A stretch of 64,000 nt of DNA, taken from positions 2,666,072 through 2,730,071 of the forward strand of contig NC_134034.1 of assembly GCF_964204645.1 (NCBI RefSeq). The letters are read 5' to 3'. The position numbers and the translations under genes were made by a program. Below the pieces are notes generated by a model. It was given only the letters and a program-made list of their open reading frames with translations, searched no databases and was not told where the DNA came from. Below are positions 21,864 through 36,300 of the stretch, in pieces; within the stretch, counting starts at the first letter, position 1, and the number at the start of each line of letters is the position of its first letter. The stretch is from Tubulanus polymorphus (lineage: Eukaryota > Animalia > Nemertea).

Positions 21864-24586
21864 GTAAGTTTGATTTTTTGAATTATGAGGAGTCCGTATG
21901 ATTTTATTGAAAGGTTAAGAAATGTTAGTTTTTCTGTTTTTCTTCGAAATTCTGGTTTGAAAGGTTTGTTTTTTCTCGTTCCTTCGAAGTTTTAAGCATA
22001 AAGGGCAAACAAAGCGATCCTGCGGCATAGTTTTTTGAAAGTTTTAAAAATCCGAAAGTTTAAGAAATCTTCGTTTTCGTTTTTTCTTCGACGTTTTAAC
22101 TAAAAACAATTGCGCTGATTCTAAAGCCGAACTATGACCTAACGCTTATGCGCCATTATTCTAAAGATAGAAAATGACTCCGAAAATTTTTTCTCTGCGT
22201 TAATGCTTGGAAGGGCCCATAATCAGCATATTCGTCGAGTCAAATTCAATTTCGTAAAGTTAGTTGTTGCTAAATTGCGAAAGTTGTGAGTTTTTATTTT
22301 TCACAAAACGCAGTTTTGTTCGTGTCAAACTTAAGACTGTAGAGTTGAAGTAAGTTTTTTTTTCCCGCGAGTCTCCCGTCAAGGCGCAATTAAGAGCCCG
22401 CAGTTACCATCATTGCAAATTGACTTGAAAAAAAGTTAATATCTGGTTGATCATACAAAACAAATCTGACAATCATTCAACCAAATAAGTAAAGTTCTCA
22501 AATAAAAGATTAATATATTTCGTTTTGGTTGTAGCCTAATAGCCATCACCAGGCTTACTGTTGCTCAAATATATTAGCGACCTTTTACCCATTAGGAACT
22601 TTGTTTTATTGGCTAAACAATTATCGCTGATTTTGTGGACAAAATTCCGCTATTGGAAGGATATAGCAAAACGGACATATGATTACCATTTTATTCTTGG
22701 GCAACAATTATACCCGAATGACAATAAGACAAAGCCATCACTGTAGCCAGCGAATGCAACTTGATTATCGTGAAGACCCACCATAGCAGTATAGTGTCAA
22801 AGGCATAATAGATGAACATATTTTCACGACATAACTTTGTCTCAAAATCATCAAGACTTACCGGCAGATTTGGCACTATATATAGTAATTCGTGTTTTGC
22901 TTTGTCATCCTTGTTGTGACCATCTGTAATTAATTACATTTGAAACGATGTTGTACATGATTATATTTGGAACCTGTGATACAATGGGATTGATTTCTGC
23001 GGGACAAGAATAAACCAGCTAGGCTAAAACAATTTTCGCTTGTCGAGCTAAATACGGCTATATTCGCAACGATTGAGGACTTTATGTTTTGCTGAAAGAT
23101 CTCGAAGCGCCGATTATCTTCGCCATGAAGATAACAGTGATAGCAAAAATTCATGAATTTTTGGTAAAAGTTATAGGGAAATACTTCTCTGGATAATACT
23201 GTAAAATACTGTAAATACAAAAAGCAAATCGAGTCCGGAATGTTTCCTTGAACAAGAGTAGTTTATTTCAAAAACAGTATTCCTGATGATTATTACTAGG
23301 ATATAGTCGCGAAATAAGCCGCATTACCTACGAGACAAATTCGGACTCAAAATTGCAAAATCTGACTATTAGATATTCAAGTATACTATAATCTCGATTC
23401 GTAATAGATCTGTAAAGTCCAACGCGTACAGGACGCGGGAAAGACAAAACATGACAAGTAAACATGTTTCCCCGTGTCGCGTGAACTTATACGAGAAACA
23501 TAGTAAAAAATGTTTGATTCCGAGTTTCCCTGCGTCGTGTGGGTAGCGCTGGAACTGGATATCGGTAAATAGAAGAGTAAGTTTGCTGCAACCGGGATTC
23601 CCAACTCTCTACTGGTGCTTAAATTCAATTTTTAGAAATGATTCAACCGAATATTTAAGTGCAAACGTGGCCGGGGCTTACGGATACCTTTTTTCCTTTC
23701 AAAGAGCTTTCAAGTACATCAATTTGAATCTTTTTTTCAAATCAATAAAATGCGCCCGTCTGCGTATCAAGTATCGTCTGCGCCCTGTTGAAGGTACTTG
23801 ATTAATGATTGCGACTGACATTTTATAACTAGTTTTCTGTATACGTTTCCAGTGTACCACAGCCTGGTAATGGACCGTTTTCGGGGAACAGGAAATTTAG
23901 AAATATTTTCATGAAATTATTAAAGTTCCCGCGTGCGTTTCTACCACTTCAGCGCTGCTTATTTTCATGTGAAAATGTTTTCGCTCTGAAGTATATATAT
24001 GTAGCACTCTCGACGAAGTTACAGCCTCCAAAGGTCCCCACGATTTTTAGTGAAATGAATTATGGGCTAGTTAGATAGTTAGATAGTATCAACAGTTTAT
24101 AGGATTTTTAGTGATCTTCATCACTTCGGGTAATTAGTAAAATATTTATATTTATTTAATTATCTATTTATTTCCTGAATAATTTACATCAATAAATAAA
24201 TACCAGACAAAATGACAATAGATAATTAATTTGATTCACGCAAACATACATAAACGGATGTAAAATAACAGCAGCAACAATATATACTTTGTCACAGTTT
24301 TTCAAATCAAAGTTTAAAGTTTCTCAGTTTCGAATGAAAACCATGCAGGCCCGTATTCGCTCATCCGAACCTTTACAGGGTGCAGGCCTGGACCTGTCAG
24401 TCTGTCAGAGGCTCGGTCCATCAAGTTAGAAAATCGTATAGTCAATAATTATATCCGACGCAAGAAAAGATCTGGGTCCGTATTATGTCCTCACGCATCT
24501 ATCTATATACATGATCGCTTGGATATATGTTATGAGTATTTCTAGATGAATAAACATTTTGTGAAACGCTATGAGCCCGTGATGTG

Positions 24587-24797
24587 ACGATATGTAGAAA
24601 ATCCGACCCCAATGTAACGAGAAAGATGAAGTCCGAAAAGTTTCCTTGAAGCTGATATTTTATCGATTCTACGTTTCGACTATAACCCAATAGTCACCTT
24701 CAGCAATACGTTGAATCAATAAATTATTAGCTCGAAGGAAACTTTTCGGACTTCATCTTTCTCGTTATATCAGTGTCGGGGGGATTCTCTATACATT
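24587..24797 (-). mobile_element. Fold-back element with a central hammerhead-like motif, same family as the 16393 array
   Basis: Perfect 33-bp arms taacgagaaagatgaagtccgaaaagtttcctt / aaggaaacttttcggacttcatctttctcgtta. Centre on minus strand reads ctgaagg-t-gactat..atagtc-gaaacgta. Confidence 0.7.
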
Positions 24798-25149
24798 TGC
24801 TATAGATGAATGGTTTTTTTTCGTAAGAAGTCTTTAGTGGATAGAATTCGAAATAGAAGCCGCGATCGGTAAAAAACCGGAGGCGGTTTCGGTGTCAGGT
24901 GGCAGGCGAGCCGTCGGTTCAGCACGGCTAATGTATTTATCTTTTCATTCAAAAAATCAACTTACGAATACAAACGCTTTTACACACGCGCACACACACA
25001 CGCTGAACCGATCTAGTTGAAGTAAAACTTTAGTAGACAATCCATCAGTCAGGATCGAGCTCATTAGAAAATTGTCGGACAGAAAACTGAAATTGAAATC
25101 AATAAATTAGGTGTCGCTGGTATGCAATACGATATAAACTATTATATGG

Positions 25150-25510
25150 CATTAGGAAATTCCATTTGTCGTCAAGAGAGGATCCGCAAGGTGTCGCTAG
25201 TGTGCTGTAGGACATCAGCTATTGTGGCAATAGTGGATTCCACTTGTGGCAAATGATGATCCACCAGGTGCCGTTAGTGTGCAGTAGGACATTAACTACT
25301 GTTGGAATTAGAGGATTCCACTTGTGGCAAGTGGGGTTCTACCAGGTGTCGCTTATGTGCAGTAGGACATCAACTACTGCGGCAATGGAGGATTCCATTT
25401 GTGGCAAGTGATGACCCACCAGTTGTCGCTAGTGTGCAGTAGGACATCAACTTTTGCGGCAATAGAGGATTCCACTTGTGGCAAGTAAGGATCCACCAGG
25501 TGCGCTAGTA
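25150..25510 (+). repeat. 77-bp dispersed satellite, ~5 units (other clusters ~15130-15175, 27835-27880, 29070-29340, 40660-41050, 41475-41660, 44935-45280, 59660-59900, 60245-60375, 63505-63590)
   Basis: Unit gaggattccacttgtggcaagtgaggatccaccaggtgtcgctagtgtgcagtaggacatcaactactgcggcaata. Confidence 0.9.
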
Positions 25511-26223
25511 TAGTAAGTCAGCCTGCCACGCATAAAATATAATCACCGCGTAGAAAAGTCAATACATGTATGAATCTAGTACCGTTTTTTCAAAGTGGTT
25601 ACAGTAGCTCCACAAACAATGTCTTGCAACTTGTATCATGTAGGGACCGCACAATGTACTGATCTAAGCCGTTCTGTTCGCATCAAGTGCTTAGCGACCG
25701 ACGCGCAGAAAAAAAAACAAACGCCATATAGAAAACGGAGGTCGCGAGAACATGAACGACGTTAATATGCTTTGAATATTTGATCATAACCGTCGGAAAT
25801 AATCAATATATTTAGCAGCGATCGTGGCTGAAGAACGTTACTGCACTGGCCCGAAGGTCAACGGCGTAAGGTCGCGTGGTCCCGTAGGGCGAGCGGTAAT
25901 GGCGCTGGTCTTGAGAGTTCGTGCATTAGTAAACGTAGCGACGTTCCTGACGCCTTGATAGCGATTTGACCGGTGTTAGGATATCGACGCTACGTCATTT
26001 CGTATTAATTCTATGTACTTTGTCACCTGGTAATTAGAGAACGTATTCATATGTACACTACCTTGTAAATATTATCATGCATATGTAACTAAGAGTGTGT
26101 GGTCAGGGCGCGGGATTAAGTTACCTATCACTTGTCGTATGTATCTGTCATGCCTGTCATGTAATGCCAGTGTTACAATCGAAGAACTGCCTTGCCTTAG
26201 GGCGTAAGAGTAAAAAAATTGTT

Positions 26224-26296
26224 CGTCCGCGACAGGACTCGAACCTGCAATCTTCTGATTCGAAGTCAGACGCCTTATCCATTAGGCCACGCGGAC
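26224..26296 (-). tRNA. tRNA-Arg(TCG): tRNA-Arg, anticodon TCG
   Basis: GTCCGCGTGGCCTAATGGATAAGGCGTCTGACTTCGAATCAGAAGATTGCAGGTTCGAGTCCTGTCGCGGACG; 73 nt, perfect acceptor stem, A and B boxes, T7 Pol III terminator 5 nt downstream. Confidence 0.97.
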
Positions 26297-29069
26297 TGTT
26301 GAGGGCTATTCGCCTAATAGGGTAAAACTCTAATTGTTCGCGGGAATTCATAAATCCTCAGAACTTGGTGGCGAGTCAGTATTAACTAGGTTTTGCTGAT
26401 TTGTAGTGGGATATCAACTACAGCGGCATTTGACGATGCCAACTTTGGCAGGCAAGGGTCCACCAGGTGTTACTGTCGTTACTTCCGTGTTCAAGAGTAG
26501 ATTCGGAAGTTAAAAGTAAGAGTAAGAATAACTCTATTCTCCTAATACTGACACACATTGAAATGAATATATTTTGAGAAAAGGACATCGCCAAAACCAT
26601 ATGAGCAGTTCACCAAGAACCTTAGTGTCTGGTGTAGGCCTACCACAGACACTAAGACACGAACGAAATTTTTCTCAATACTTTAAAATCACTGTGACTT
26701 TAAACCACCAGAAATCCAGTTTCATTAAACCGATTGTGAAAAATAAACTATCATTACAAACCTCATATATTCAGTTTTCTTATTATCATATTCATTCGCA
26801 GGTTCCTTCATTATCATAGACCGTGCTTGATGCGATATAAATACAGAAATAGCAGTTTGTTTATTTATCTAAATCATTTGTTCATTTGCTGAGATCGCAG
26901 TTTGAACACAGAGAAAAACACCGACAGGAGTCCGGTCGGCAAAAGTGGCGCGAATTCGAGTGAACGTGTCTGGTTGGTTGGTTACACTAGGATCGTAGAG
27001 CGACTGGGAGATCACTGTGGAGACAACCACTGCCATTGTGCGCAGAGCTCGTGATGTGTACGTGACGGGCCTACCGTTCAATTTCAATTTCATTTATTAA
27101 TTTCTCCGATAAAAGAATGAAACGGAAAGAATTGATCGTCGAATTCCGAGGCGCCGGATTGTCCTTCGAGGTAAATTACAATTTTAATTGCTCGTAAAAA
27201 ATTCATGATTTCGCATCGACAAAACTGTCGATATATTCCCGCCGTGGCCCGTGTAACGAAAAAACAAACGTCGAACGCTAAACCCGGGCCCTGCGCGTTC
27301 GGGACCCTGGAAAAGTTTCGCGTTGAATTTCGTTTTGCGGCAGTTATTGGATTATTGAAACGATTTGGCGTCGGACGTTTCTGGCTGAATTGGCATTTTA
27401 CGGAAACTTATTGGAAATTTCATTCGAGTATTTACACATTTCCGCAAAGCTTCAGTCGATCCAAGCGCAGGGGCTGCTGATCCGGGAAAACTGGCAGGCG
27501 GGGGCGAAAAGAACCACACCGACGACCGCAAATCGAGTTCCGCACATTTTGCCCATTCACAGTAACTTCTACCAAGATTTTGGTGGTGTCTAAATTGTTT
27601 ATTTACTTGCTGAGAAATCGCAGTTTGAACACAGACAAAAATGCCGACGGCAAATTCCGGTCGGCAAAAGTCATGCGGATGTCACCTCCTCCCCTCCCCC
27701 TCCTCACCCATAAAACATAAGGTCAAACCTCTCCATATCGATCTTCATTCGGGTTCACAAAAGTGAACATTTGTAGAATTTTAGAAATTATGGACTGAAT
27801 CTGAGAAGAAATCCGGCATCGTTTTACTAATGCACTCTAGCGACACCTGCTGGATACTCGCTTGCCACTTGCGGAATCCTCGCCCGCCGCAGTAGAACGC
27901 AGTAGAGTCCTCGCGGAAGAGAACACACGCCAGTAATATTTCTGTAATTTGTTGAGGTGTAATTTGCGCTGTAATCGGATTACCGCGGACCAAGGCACCG
28001 AGTAACGTCTTCAGAGAACGAATCCTTACTTTAACTTCGGTCAGCGGAAAAAGTCGACCATTTGCGAACTAAGAGCAGCCGAATGTCGGCTAAGTCGGAA
28101 TAGTTCGATAATAGTCGACCACGCAGTTGAGCATGCGGTCGCGGTAGTTCGGAACTATTTCCAAGATGGCCCACATTGTGAAACGTGCTAAGACCGAACT
28201 ACAGCGCGTTCGGTTATTGATCTTAAAATAGGGATTGGCCCTGTTATTTATTTGGTTGGTAAATTTCGTTTGAATATTTTGATTGAGTGTCCCTAACAAA
28301 CCCCACCACACCTGCCGGTAGCGGAACAGGGGGTTTTGATTTCGAAATCGGAAATCGAAGTACAGATATAGTTGTGTGATCGGCGGTCGAGTTTACAGAA
28401 TTTTTAGTTTTAATCGATGTACGTAATTGGGAAATTCGGTTCCGGTTCATTCAAGCAATCTCCCAACCAGTCTGAACCGGCAAGCGACTGGTTGGGGTTA
28501 TTTTTTGGCTGCCCAATTTAATACATCGACATTTTGGAAATAACTATATTACAAGGTTGAAGATCATTCTGTCAATTTTTTTATTTTTTTTAATCGTTTT
28601 CTGCGTGTTCGGTTATTAGCTGCAACATCTAGTCATGTCCACTTAATACGTCGCTGGGAACGCGTGGGTCGCTGCAGCTCTTAGCGGGATTCTGTAAACG
28701 CTAATTAAACGCACACGATTAGCGATTATCTTACTAACACGCCGCGCTACACGCGCAAATCCTCATTCAACGCCTGCTACGTCACAGACCATTCTACCGA
28801 CGAATTGCCACGATCAAAAAGCGCTTTGCCTAAGCGCGATCTTTTCTACGAGCGCACCTGCTCATTAACGAAACCAAACATTAGGTACCACGGAACACTT
28901 GTCTCCGATATCGCCGCGGCGTGCTTGTTTTCATTTTCAGGTAGATTCGTTGCCATTGTGTTAGTAGCAAATATACATAATAATCCTATCCTATATCGTG
29001 AATAAAATAGATTCAAACTTCCGTTTTCGGAAACGGTTTGGATGGATACGTCTACAGGACGAAAAGGCA

Positions 29070-29340
29070 GCTGTGGCCAGTGAGGATCCAACAGGTGTCG
29101 CTACTGTGCATTTGGATATCAACTACTGCGCAAAAAAGGATTCCACTTGTGGCAAGTGAGGATCCACCCGAGTGTCGCTAGTGTGCAGTAGGACCTCAAA
29201 TACTGCCGCAACAAAGGATTCCACTTGCAGCGAGTGAGGATCCACCAGGTGTCGCTAGTGTGAAGTAGGACATCAACTACTACAACAATAGTGGATTCCA
29301 CTTGTGGCAAGTGAGGATACACCAGGTGTCGCTAGTAGTC
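29070..29340 (+). repeat. 77-bp satellite cluster (~3.5 units)
   Basis: Same unit as 25150-25510. Confidence 0.85.
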
Positions 29341-32300
29341 TTTCAGGGAATTTGTCGTCCTTCGTATCGTGATATTTGGTTTGTGGCGCCTGATATTTGA
29401 CTGTTAACGCACTCTTGCGATGGATCATCGGTAAATGAAGATTCTTTCCAGGTTATCAATACATTACTGGGTAACTCAGTACCTTGTTATAAAAATAGAT
29501 ATATTGATACCACTAATTTCTGACCCACGCCACACAATATACTGAAATTCCCCCCGGTATCTGATGAGCGCCGCTCATATTTCATCGAACATGGCGACCG
29601 CGTGATCGGTATTGCTGAGTATCGATTTAAACCGATATCAAGTGTACACGGCGAACTGTCGTGCGTAAGGAAAATGAAGCCTCGGGCTGGTACGGTTTTT
29701 TACTTATGACGAATATTGACAAACAACTATAGGAAAAGCCAGTTGGTTAATCAATGCACTTACCGTAGATTAAAGTATTTTACGCCAGGCGGTTAGATTC
29801 GATTTATGGCAATGTTGAGTTGATATTGATTTAAGTTCTGCCCCCGTAAAAATTCAACGTTACCCAAAACAACATCAAGTGATTAATGAAATGTGTTTTC
29901 GCGCGTGGCAAGTTATCCTTTATTACTGTGTATCATGATGTAATTTGTTAGTTTAAACTACTTCAATTTAAAAAAAAAAGAATAATGATAATAATGAAGT
30001 TTCAGATTTTGAGTACCGGTAGGATGAAAATGAGTTTATGATATAGATTGAAGTAGCGTGATCATGAAGTAATTGACTTGATCACTTGATTTATCGTCTT
30101 TTTGTCGTATTTCGTCTGTATAACCACTGGCCTATAGCGGGCTAGTTCTATTGGTCTGCTGGCTTGCTATCTATGTGCGAGGCCCGGCATTTAACCCTGG
30201 TGAGAACGCGTAATTTCACTGTCACTCGAGGCCACCAGCTACCGCTCTATCGGTTCGACATAAGCCGGCTTGCGGTGGCTACCCTATTCGTATCCGGCTA
30301 GTTGCCCATGTTCTTATTCGGCGCCGGTAGGCCGACAGTTGTTTTCGATCGCAACCGACATTACGCAAGCGCGGAGAACCCGGGCATCGATCTCGACGTA
30401 TCGGCCCCACTCCGCGCGGTTGCGCCACCGCGCGGGATTTACGCGAAGCAGCAAACACAAACATGGCCACTCTCTCAATTTTCAATGATAGAAATCGTGT
30501 GTGCGTTTCAATTATTTCGGCTGATAGGGTTTTAAGGCACAATATAAGTTGATGATGTGATATGGCAATGTTAATTAATGATAATTCCGCAGTGAAGCTA
30601 GTCACGAACGGTGCCGATTGAGTGTACAGCTGCCAAAAACACTGAAATGTGCGTAGTTGCGTAACTATTTGCAGTGAATTGCAGACGAAACATGAAGCCT
30701 TAACGGCCGTTAAAAAAAAAATTATACCAATCGCAATTGTAAAATAAAAATGAGATAGAACCTAAGTTAAAATTCTGGCCATTTCTAAAATGTTACCACT
30801 AATTTTTAGTCAGTGCCGAACGTTTAGTTTTCCAACAATAATGAGGGGTGGTAGGTAGTCACGCAATTCAAGTCATCATTTATTACACGTTACTTCCGTG
30901 TTGTTGAAAATCTCGCGAGTCCTGGACTAAACCCCATTGAACAATGTGATCTGTGTGCTGGCCACAAAATGCACACAGATCACACTACCCATTACACACT
31001 CCAGTACCCACAGCTTTCATATATCCATCCAAATATTTAGAGTGGTTTTCTTCCTGGGTTCTATTCACGGGTTTACTGGTTAGCACGCTTGCTTCGTACG
31101 TACGAGACCCGGGATCTATCCCCGTAAGAGCGCGTTCTCCTTATCCTTACATAAGACTCTTTAGCAGTGTTTCATTTCATATCATCTTCAATGACGTTTA
31201 ATGATTTCAATGTGCCGCTTTTGAAAGCATCGTTTCAAGTATATACATGTATATATATATATATAAATAAATGTATATACACAGCAAGATCAAAGATACT
31301 AAAACGCTCCATCGTCAATCAACAACTTTACTTCGTACTACAAAGAGTTCAAAACAAAACGCCTTTAGGTCTTGTATGCTCAGCCCGCTTTCACTTAGAA
31401 ACGGGTATCGTTTTTCTATACTAGGAAACCCGTCGCCAGAGGGCAGCAGGCTCTCCATTCATAGGTCCTACCCGGCGGGCATATTAGGAATCTGAAGAGA
31501 AGAAAATGTATTTTGAAGATTATGTCAGGCTTGCAATGTTTTGCAAGCAAGTATTATCAGCCGAAGGGCATGTTTGTTTAGAAAGGTATTTTCAATCAGA
31601 ATCTATTAACGGTATCATTTGCGATGAAACTGACAATAAATATGCATTTAAACTATCGTAGTCTTTTCTTCGATATTTCTGAAATCGAAGTTTTTCTATT
31701 GTTCGTAAATAGTGTGGGCTCAATCGCCACTCCCTTTTCGATATATGCAATGAAATGGGATTATACTGTTTTTCGACTGTAGGTACACACGATTCAACGG
31801 GTTCGGTCAAACTAACATTTTGAAAACTTAAACTTCGGAGTCAATTTGTTGGGAATTTGAACGTTAGTGCTATTTGCCACTACGAAATGTTGATATCTTT
31901 CAGTTATTATTGAAGAAGAAATTTGACCTTTCTCGTGAGAATACGTAATCAAGAGTGCGGAATTTTTGGGGATGAAGGACCTCAACGTTTTAGGGCCCCG
32001 GGTACCCCACGTATTAACCACTGTATCCACCTAGTCGTTAAACGTGTTTGTTTCCACAGTAATACATGTCACGTCTCTCTACGGCCCTGTCTACCATGTG
32101 CGGTTCATCTGACACAAGGTTCTCGGTTTTTTAGGCGCCTTCCTAAAAGTGACGTATTTTATTCAAAACTGTAACTATGTTCGATTGTTGCAGCCGAGAA
32201 AAATGGAATAAACACCATCAGAAAATAGAAATTGTCAGCTTTCTAACGATACATAAGTTTAAATGTTGTGCCATAAGAGAGATGGATTATAATCAATCGC

Positions 32301-34194
32301 GCTAGAGGTTTTAGATTAAAAAATGTTAAAATCTGTCCAACAATGCGGGACCTGTGGGACCGCCTCAAAATGGCGCCTGGTAACTGGAAATTTGCCTAAA
32401 GCCCGACCCTCAATGTACGCGCGCCAAGCAGACGTCTTTACGATAGGACGAGAGCGTACCACTGCGACGCGAGCGTGCCAGATACGCGGGTTCAATTTGA
32501 ACGAGTAATGCGCATCACGCGTGAGTTGAGATTGATGAAAGTATTCCAGGAATGCGACGGACCTATATGAGCGTGTCGCCATCACCGCAATCAAGGCGCC
32601 CTGCGAGCTTTGTTTGTTTAATACCGCCAGTTGAAACCGGACGCGCGATTACAAAATATTCGATGCAGATTCGGTTTTCAATCGGAGAAGATGAAATGCC
32701 GTTTTCTTTACGAGTCGTCGTACTGTGCGTGACTTGTAGCGCGGAAACCCGTTTTTTTCAGATCCAAAACCTCATTTTAACTATCTGAGATTCCCCGCCA
32801 ACTAGACTCAGATTCCTTGTTGAAATTCCGATCGTGGATCGAGATTCCGACACACGTTTTGACGGCGTAAAAACCGTTACAATAATCTTAAAAACCTAAT
32901 ATTAGTAATAACTAGTATATGCGTTATCTAAGGGGTTCTGCGTGAGTCGATGTGCACTACGTCATCGATATTGTCGTTTCAAAATAATGATTAAATAAAC
33001 AATAATATGAATTTCGGCGTTTTTTGTAATTAGATATAATTCAACACTGCTATTTAATTTTTGATAAATTCTACTAATTATTTTGAGATAATGTGCACTA
33101 CGTCATTATTTTGAGATAATGTGCACTACGTCATCGATATATCGGGGTTAGACTGGTTGCCGGCCAATCCAATCCAATAATCGATATATTCAAATTCAAC
33201 ATAACTTTATTGATTCAAACGTAATGCAATTTATATCGCAATGTTTATTGTCGACATCTAAGCAATGTGTATTATTTTACAAGGCTTCAATAAACTTTCT
33301 CAAGTTAGTTTTCTTGTTTTGCGATACAAACACCGCCGTCTGTTCCAGTTATCAGCCACTACAGCGTCTAGTTTCGGGTCAGATTTGTTTGAATTTGGAT
33401 ACGATATCACTTTGTTCGAATCGAGTCGCCGGTTTTAGCGCCGCCGTTTTATGACAAATGCAAATGCAATCTTCACGAAAGTCAACACCAGAGTCTGAAA
33501 ACCTTCTTCCCCCAACACGGAACCGCGTCGTCGACGAAAAATATGCTTTTAAAAATGTCCTATCGATCCGATCGATTCGCCTGTCCGTATGCCGGGTACG
33601 TAAATATTGCGCCGTGATTTCTCGGCTTTGACCCGGGCTAGATTTGCTTTAAGAGCTTACCAAATTACCACCCATCGAAATGTCGGAAAATTGAACGCCA
33701 TCGGTTTTTCTTCAAATCAAAAGCGGTTTTGTTTTAGCGCAGCAATCGATCGATTAATCACATAAATCGAATCGCGTTGACGGTTATTTTTGAAATTCGA
33801 ACGTAACGGTCGGCGTGTATCGGTCGGCGCTCCCAATAGCTATTGGTCGGTAAACACGAGCGTAGATACGTAGAATAGAGTATGATGAAAGAACTGCACG
33901 TCGCTCCCGGCGGCGCGCATCCATCCCATAATTCATCCATTAACCGGAACTAACTGACAACGAAACGAACTATTTTTTCAATAAATGCGGAAAAAGCGGG
34001 GAAAAATGCGCGCGCCGATTTTGAATAATCGACCAGAGTCTCTGCAGCCGCGCATCGAATTAACTAACTTAAATTAAAAATATTCCGGCGTCATAAATCA
34101 TGTCCTATTTACATGATTTTTTCTGTCTGATTCGCGCTAAACAAAAAGACCCAACAACCAGCTACCACCAGATGGCGTTTCTGTCCTATAGGTC

Positions 34195-34360
34195 TAGATG
34201 TATATAGATCCCTCCGGCAGTATGTAAATAGTATGTCGTAAATAACGTTTGTTTTGTTTTGAAATACTTTTATTTCCTGTTTTTGTAAATGATTGCAAAA
34301 ACTGTTTTCCTCCATATGCCATAGAAATGGTTGGAGTGAAATAGATATTCCTATTCCTTT
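34195..34360 (+). mobile_element. LINE/SINE 3' end fragment (relatives at 39590-39800 with a (CGTAAT)n tail, and ~59940-60245)
   Basis: Shared agatgtatatagatccctcc ... gttttcctccat..cca..gaaatggttggagtg, ending in a polyA signal or short tandem tail. Confidence 0.55.
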
Positions 34361-35290
34361 TCGTATTCTGTTAGAGGACAACCGAGTTTCAAATATGTAC
34401 TTTTTGGTGTTCTCTGGTTGACAAAAAGGCACTGCAAGGCAGGGAGATTTGTATATCCTAAACTACCTTGGATCTGGCCCCCGCCGTTGCCCGCGGACCC
34501 CCCCAATAGACACCCATGATCTGCCAATGCAGAATGTTCTATTTAAACTTGGCTTTGGACGTCAGGTGGCCTAGACCAGTCGGTTACTAGCTTTCCCTAT
34601 ATACGAGGGATCGCTGAAAAGTTCGTGTTGAAATAATAGGGGCCTTCGCGAAAATCATGGCCAACACTTTTTTTTCGCACCATCGGATCGACGCCGGAAG
34701 TAAACTCAATCAATCGTCTGATCATCTCCGGAGAATAAATCGCCAATAACGAAGCTGCAAGTGTTAATTAGCGAGTACGTGAGTTGAGCGCCTTAATTCG
34801 CAATTGAACGCACGACGCGCTGTGACGTAACAATGTCCCTAAATATGATTACAGCCAGTTTTCTTTTGCGCTTGTGAGAAACAGTGTGAAGTACTATGTA
34901 CGTGGCCGTAATACGTGAATAAACGCTTTTATATTCGCTGCCGCTAGGAAACGATCGATAATGCGCGTCTTTAGTATACCTATACGATGATGCGCAGACG
35001 ATCGCTCCGAGCTGAGAGCAGGTCTACGCGCCCGCTCAGACTTCGGATACTTTATCATCATTCATCCAATTTCTGATCGTCCACGCGTGTGTGAGGGCTT
35101 CACCTGAGACATTTCTAATCGAAAATCCCCCCCACACGAACTACCAGATATCAGACATTTTATCAGCGAAACTGATCCCCCGCAGTTCAGAACTTCACCC
35201 GAGATATTTTGAATTGAAAATGAATTACAGACACCAGACATTAGACATTTTCATCAGCAAACTTTCAAAAACTGATTACCCATACTTTTC

Positions 35291-36300
35291 ATTTGATTTG
35301 ATTTGATTTAATTGATGATTATCATGGTACAAATGTAAATACATAATTGTTACAAAATTTAAACGTACAATGCATGACAGTCATCAGGACCTCGGAAATC
35401 ATTAAGTGATTGTCAAGCCGAGGCCCTGGAGCAGATAACAAAAAATGCAATTATGAAAAGAAGGAACATTGAGAATGATGGAATGATACTAATTTGGATA
35501 ATGAGAAGGATGCAAAATTCTATGTTATAGCATAAACGAGTCATGGGATTAATTGATGGTAGACTGTTATTGATTAACGGGATAATTTGGGTAGAGTAGA
35601 AATGTCCTCCCATCTCGACGAATGAGATAAAATCCCTAAAAAGATAAGCATTTCTGCATATAATAAATTTCTACACATTTATAGTATTTTGGTTTGCTCA
35701 TGATTTTAGATGTCTATTAATAGGTTGACATGAGTTGCTTCTTGAGATTGTGCCTGAAACTATAAAGAGATGAACTATTTCGGATGTTGATTGGTAAAGA
35801 ATTCCGGAGCTTTGGGCCTGCTATACTAATAGAATACGAGCGTTTTGTAGTGCGATGTTGCGGTACATTTAGATTATTGGCATTTCGTAGACTATGTTGT
35901 TGTTGCTAACCAGACCTATATGAAAGAATATATATGTCGTAGGGTATTAGGTACCTGGTTGCACGTCGGCTTCAAAATGAAACTTGCTGTTTGGAGCTTA
36001 TTGATGTCAGTTAATTTAAGGTGATTGCCTTGTTTAAAGAGTGGACTCGAGTGTGCTAGGTAAGGTACATTATATACAAGTCGTAAAGCCCGTTTCTGTA
36101 GGATGCTAAGATGATGTAGACGGATTGGATATGTACTTCCCCAGACAATGTTGCAGTATTGGAAATATGGTAAAACTAAGGAATTATAAAGTGTGGGTTA
36201 AATGGGCTGGGGTAGACATTTGTGGGCTTTGAACAATAGACCAATAGCACGTGAAACTTTGGCAGAGGTATAGGCAGTATGTGCTGACCAGCTTAGGTTT
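35291..36300 (-). mobile_element. 5'-truncated, decayed CR1/L2-group LINE
   Basis: Minus-strand translation with a frameshift: KVSRAIGLLFKA...LYNSLVLPYFQYCNIVWGSTY...LSILQKRALRLV...HSSPLFK, typical of the RT C-terminal region. (AAATC)n tail at 35291-35309. Flanked by 109-bp satellite monomers. Confidence 0.85.

Noticed and set aside
29560-29590. CTGATGA followed by a hairpin as another hammerhead (similar cases near 50263 and 55845)
   Set aside because: No correctly placed GAAA or stem I/III.
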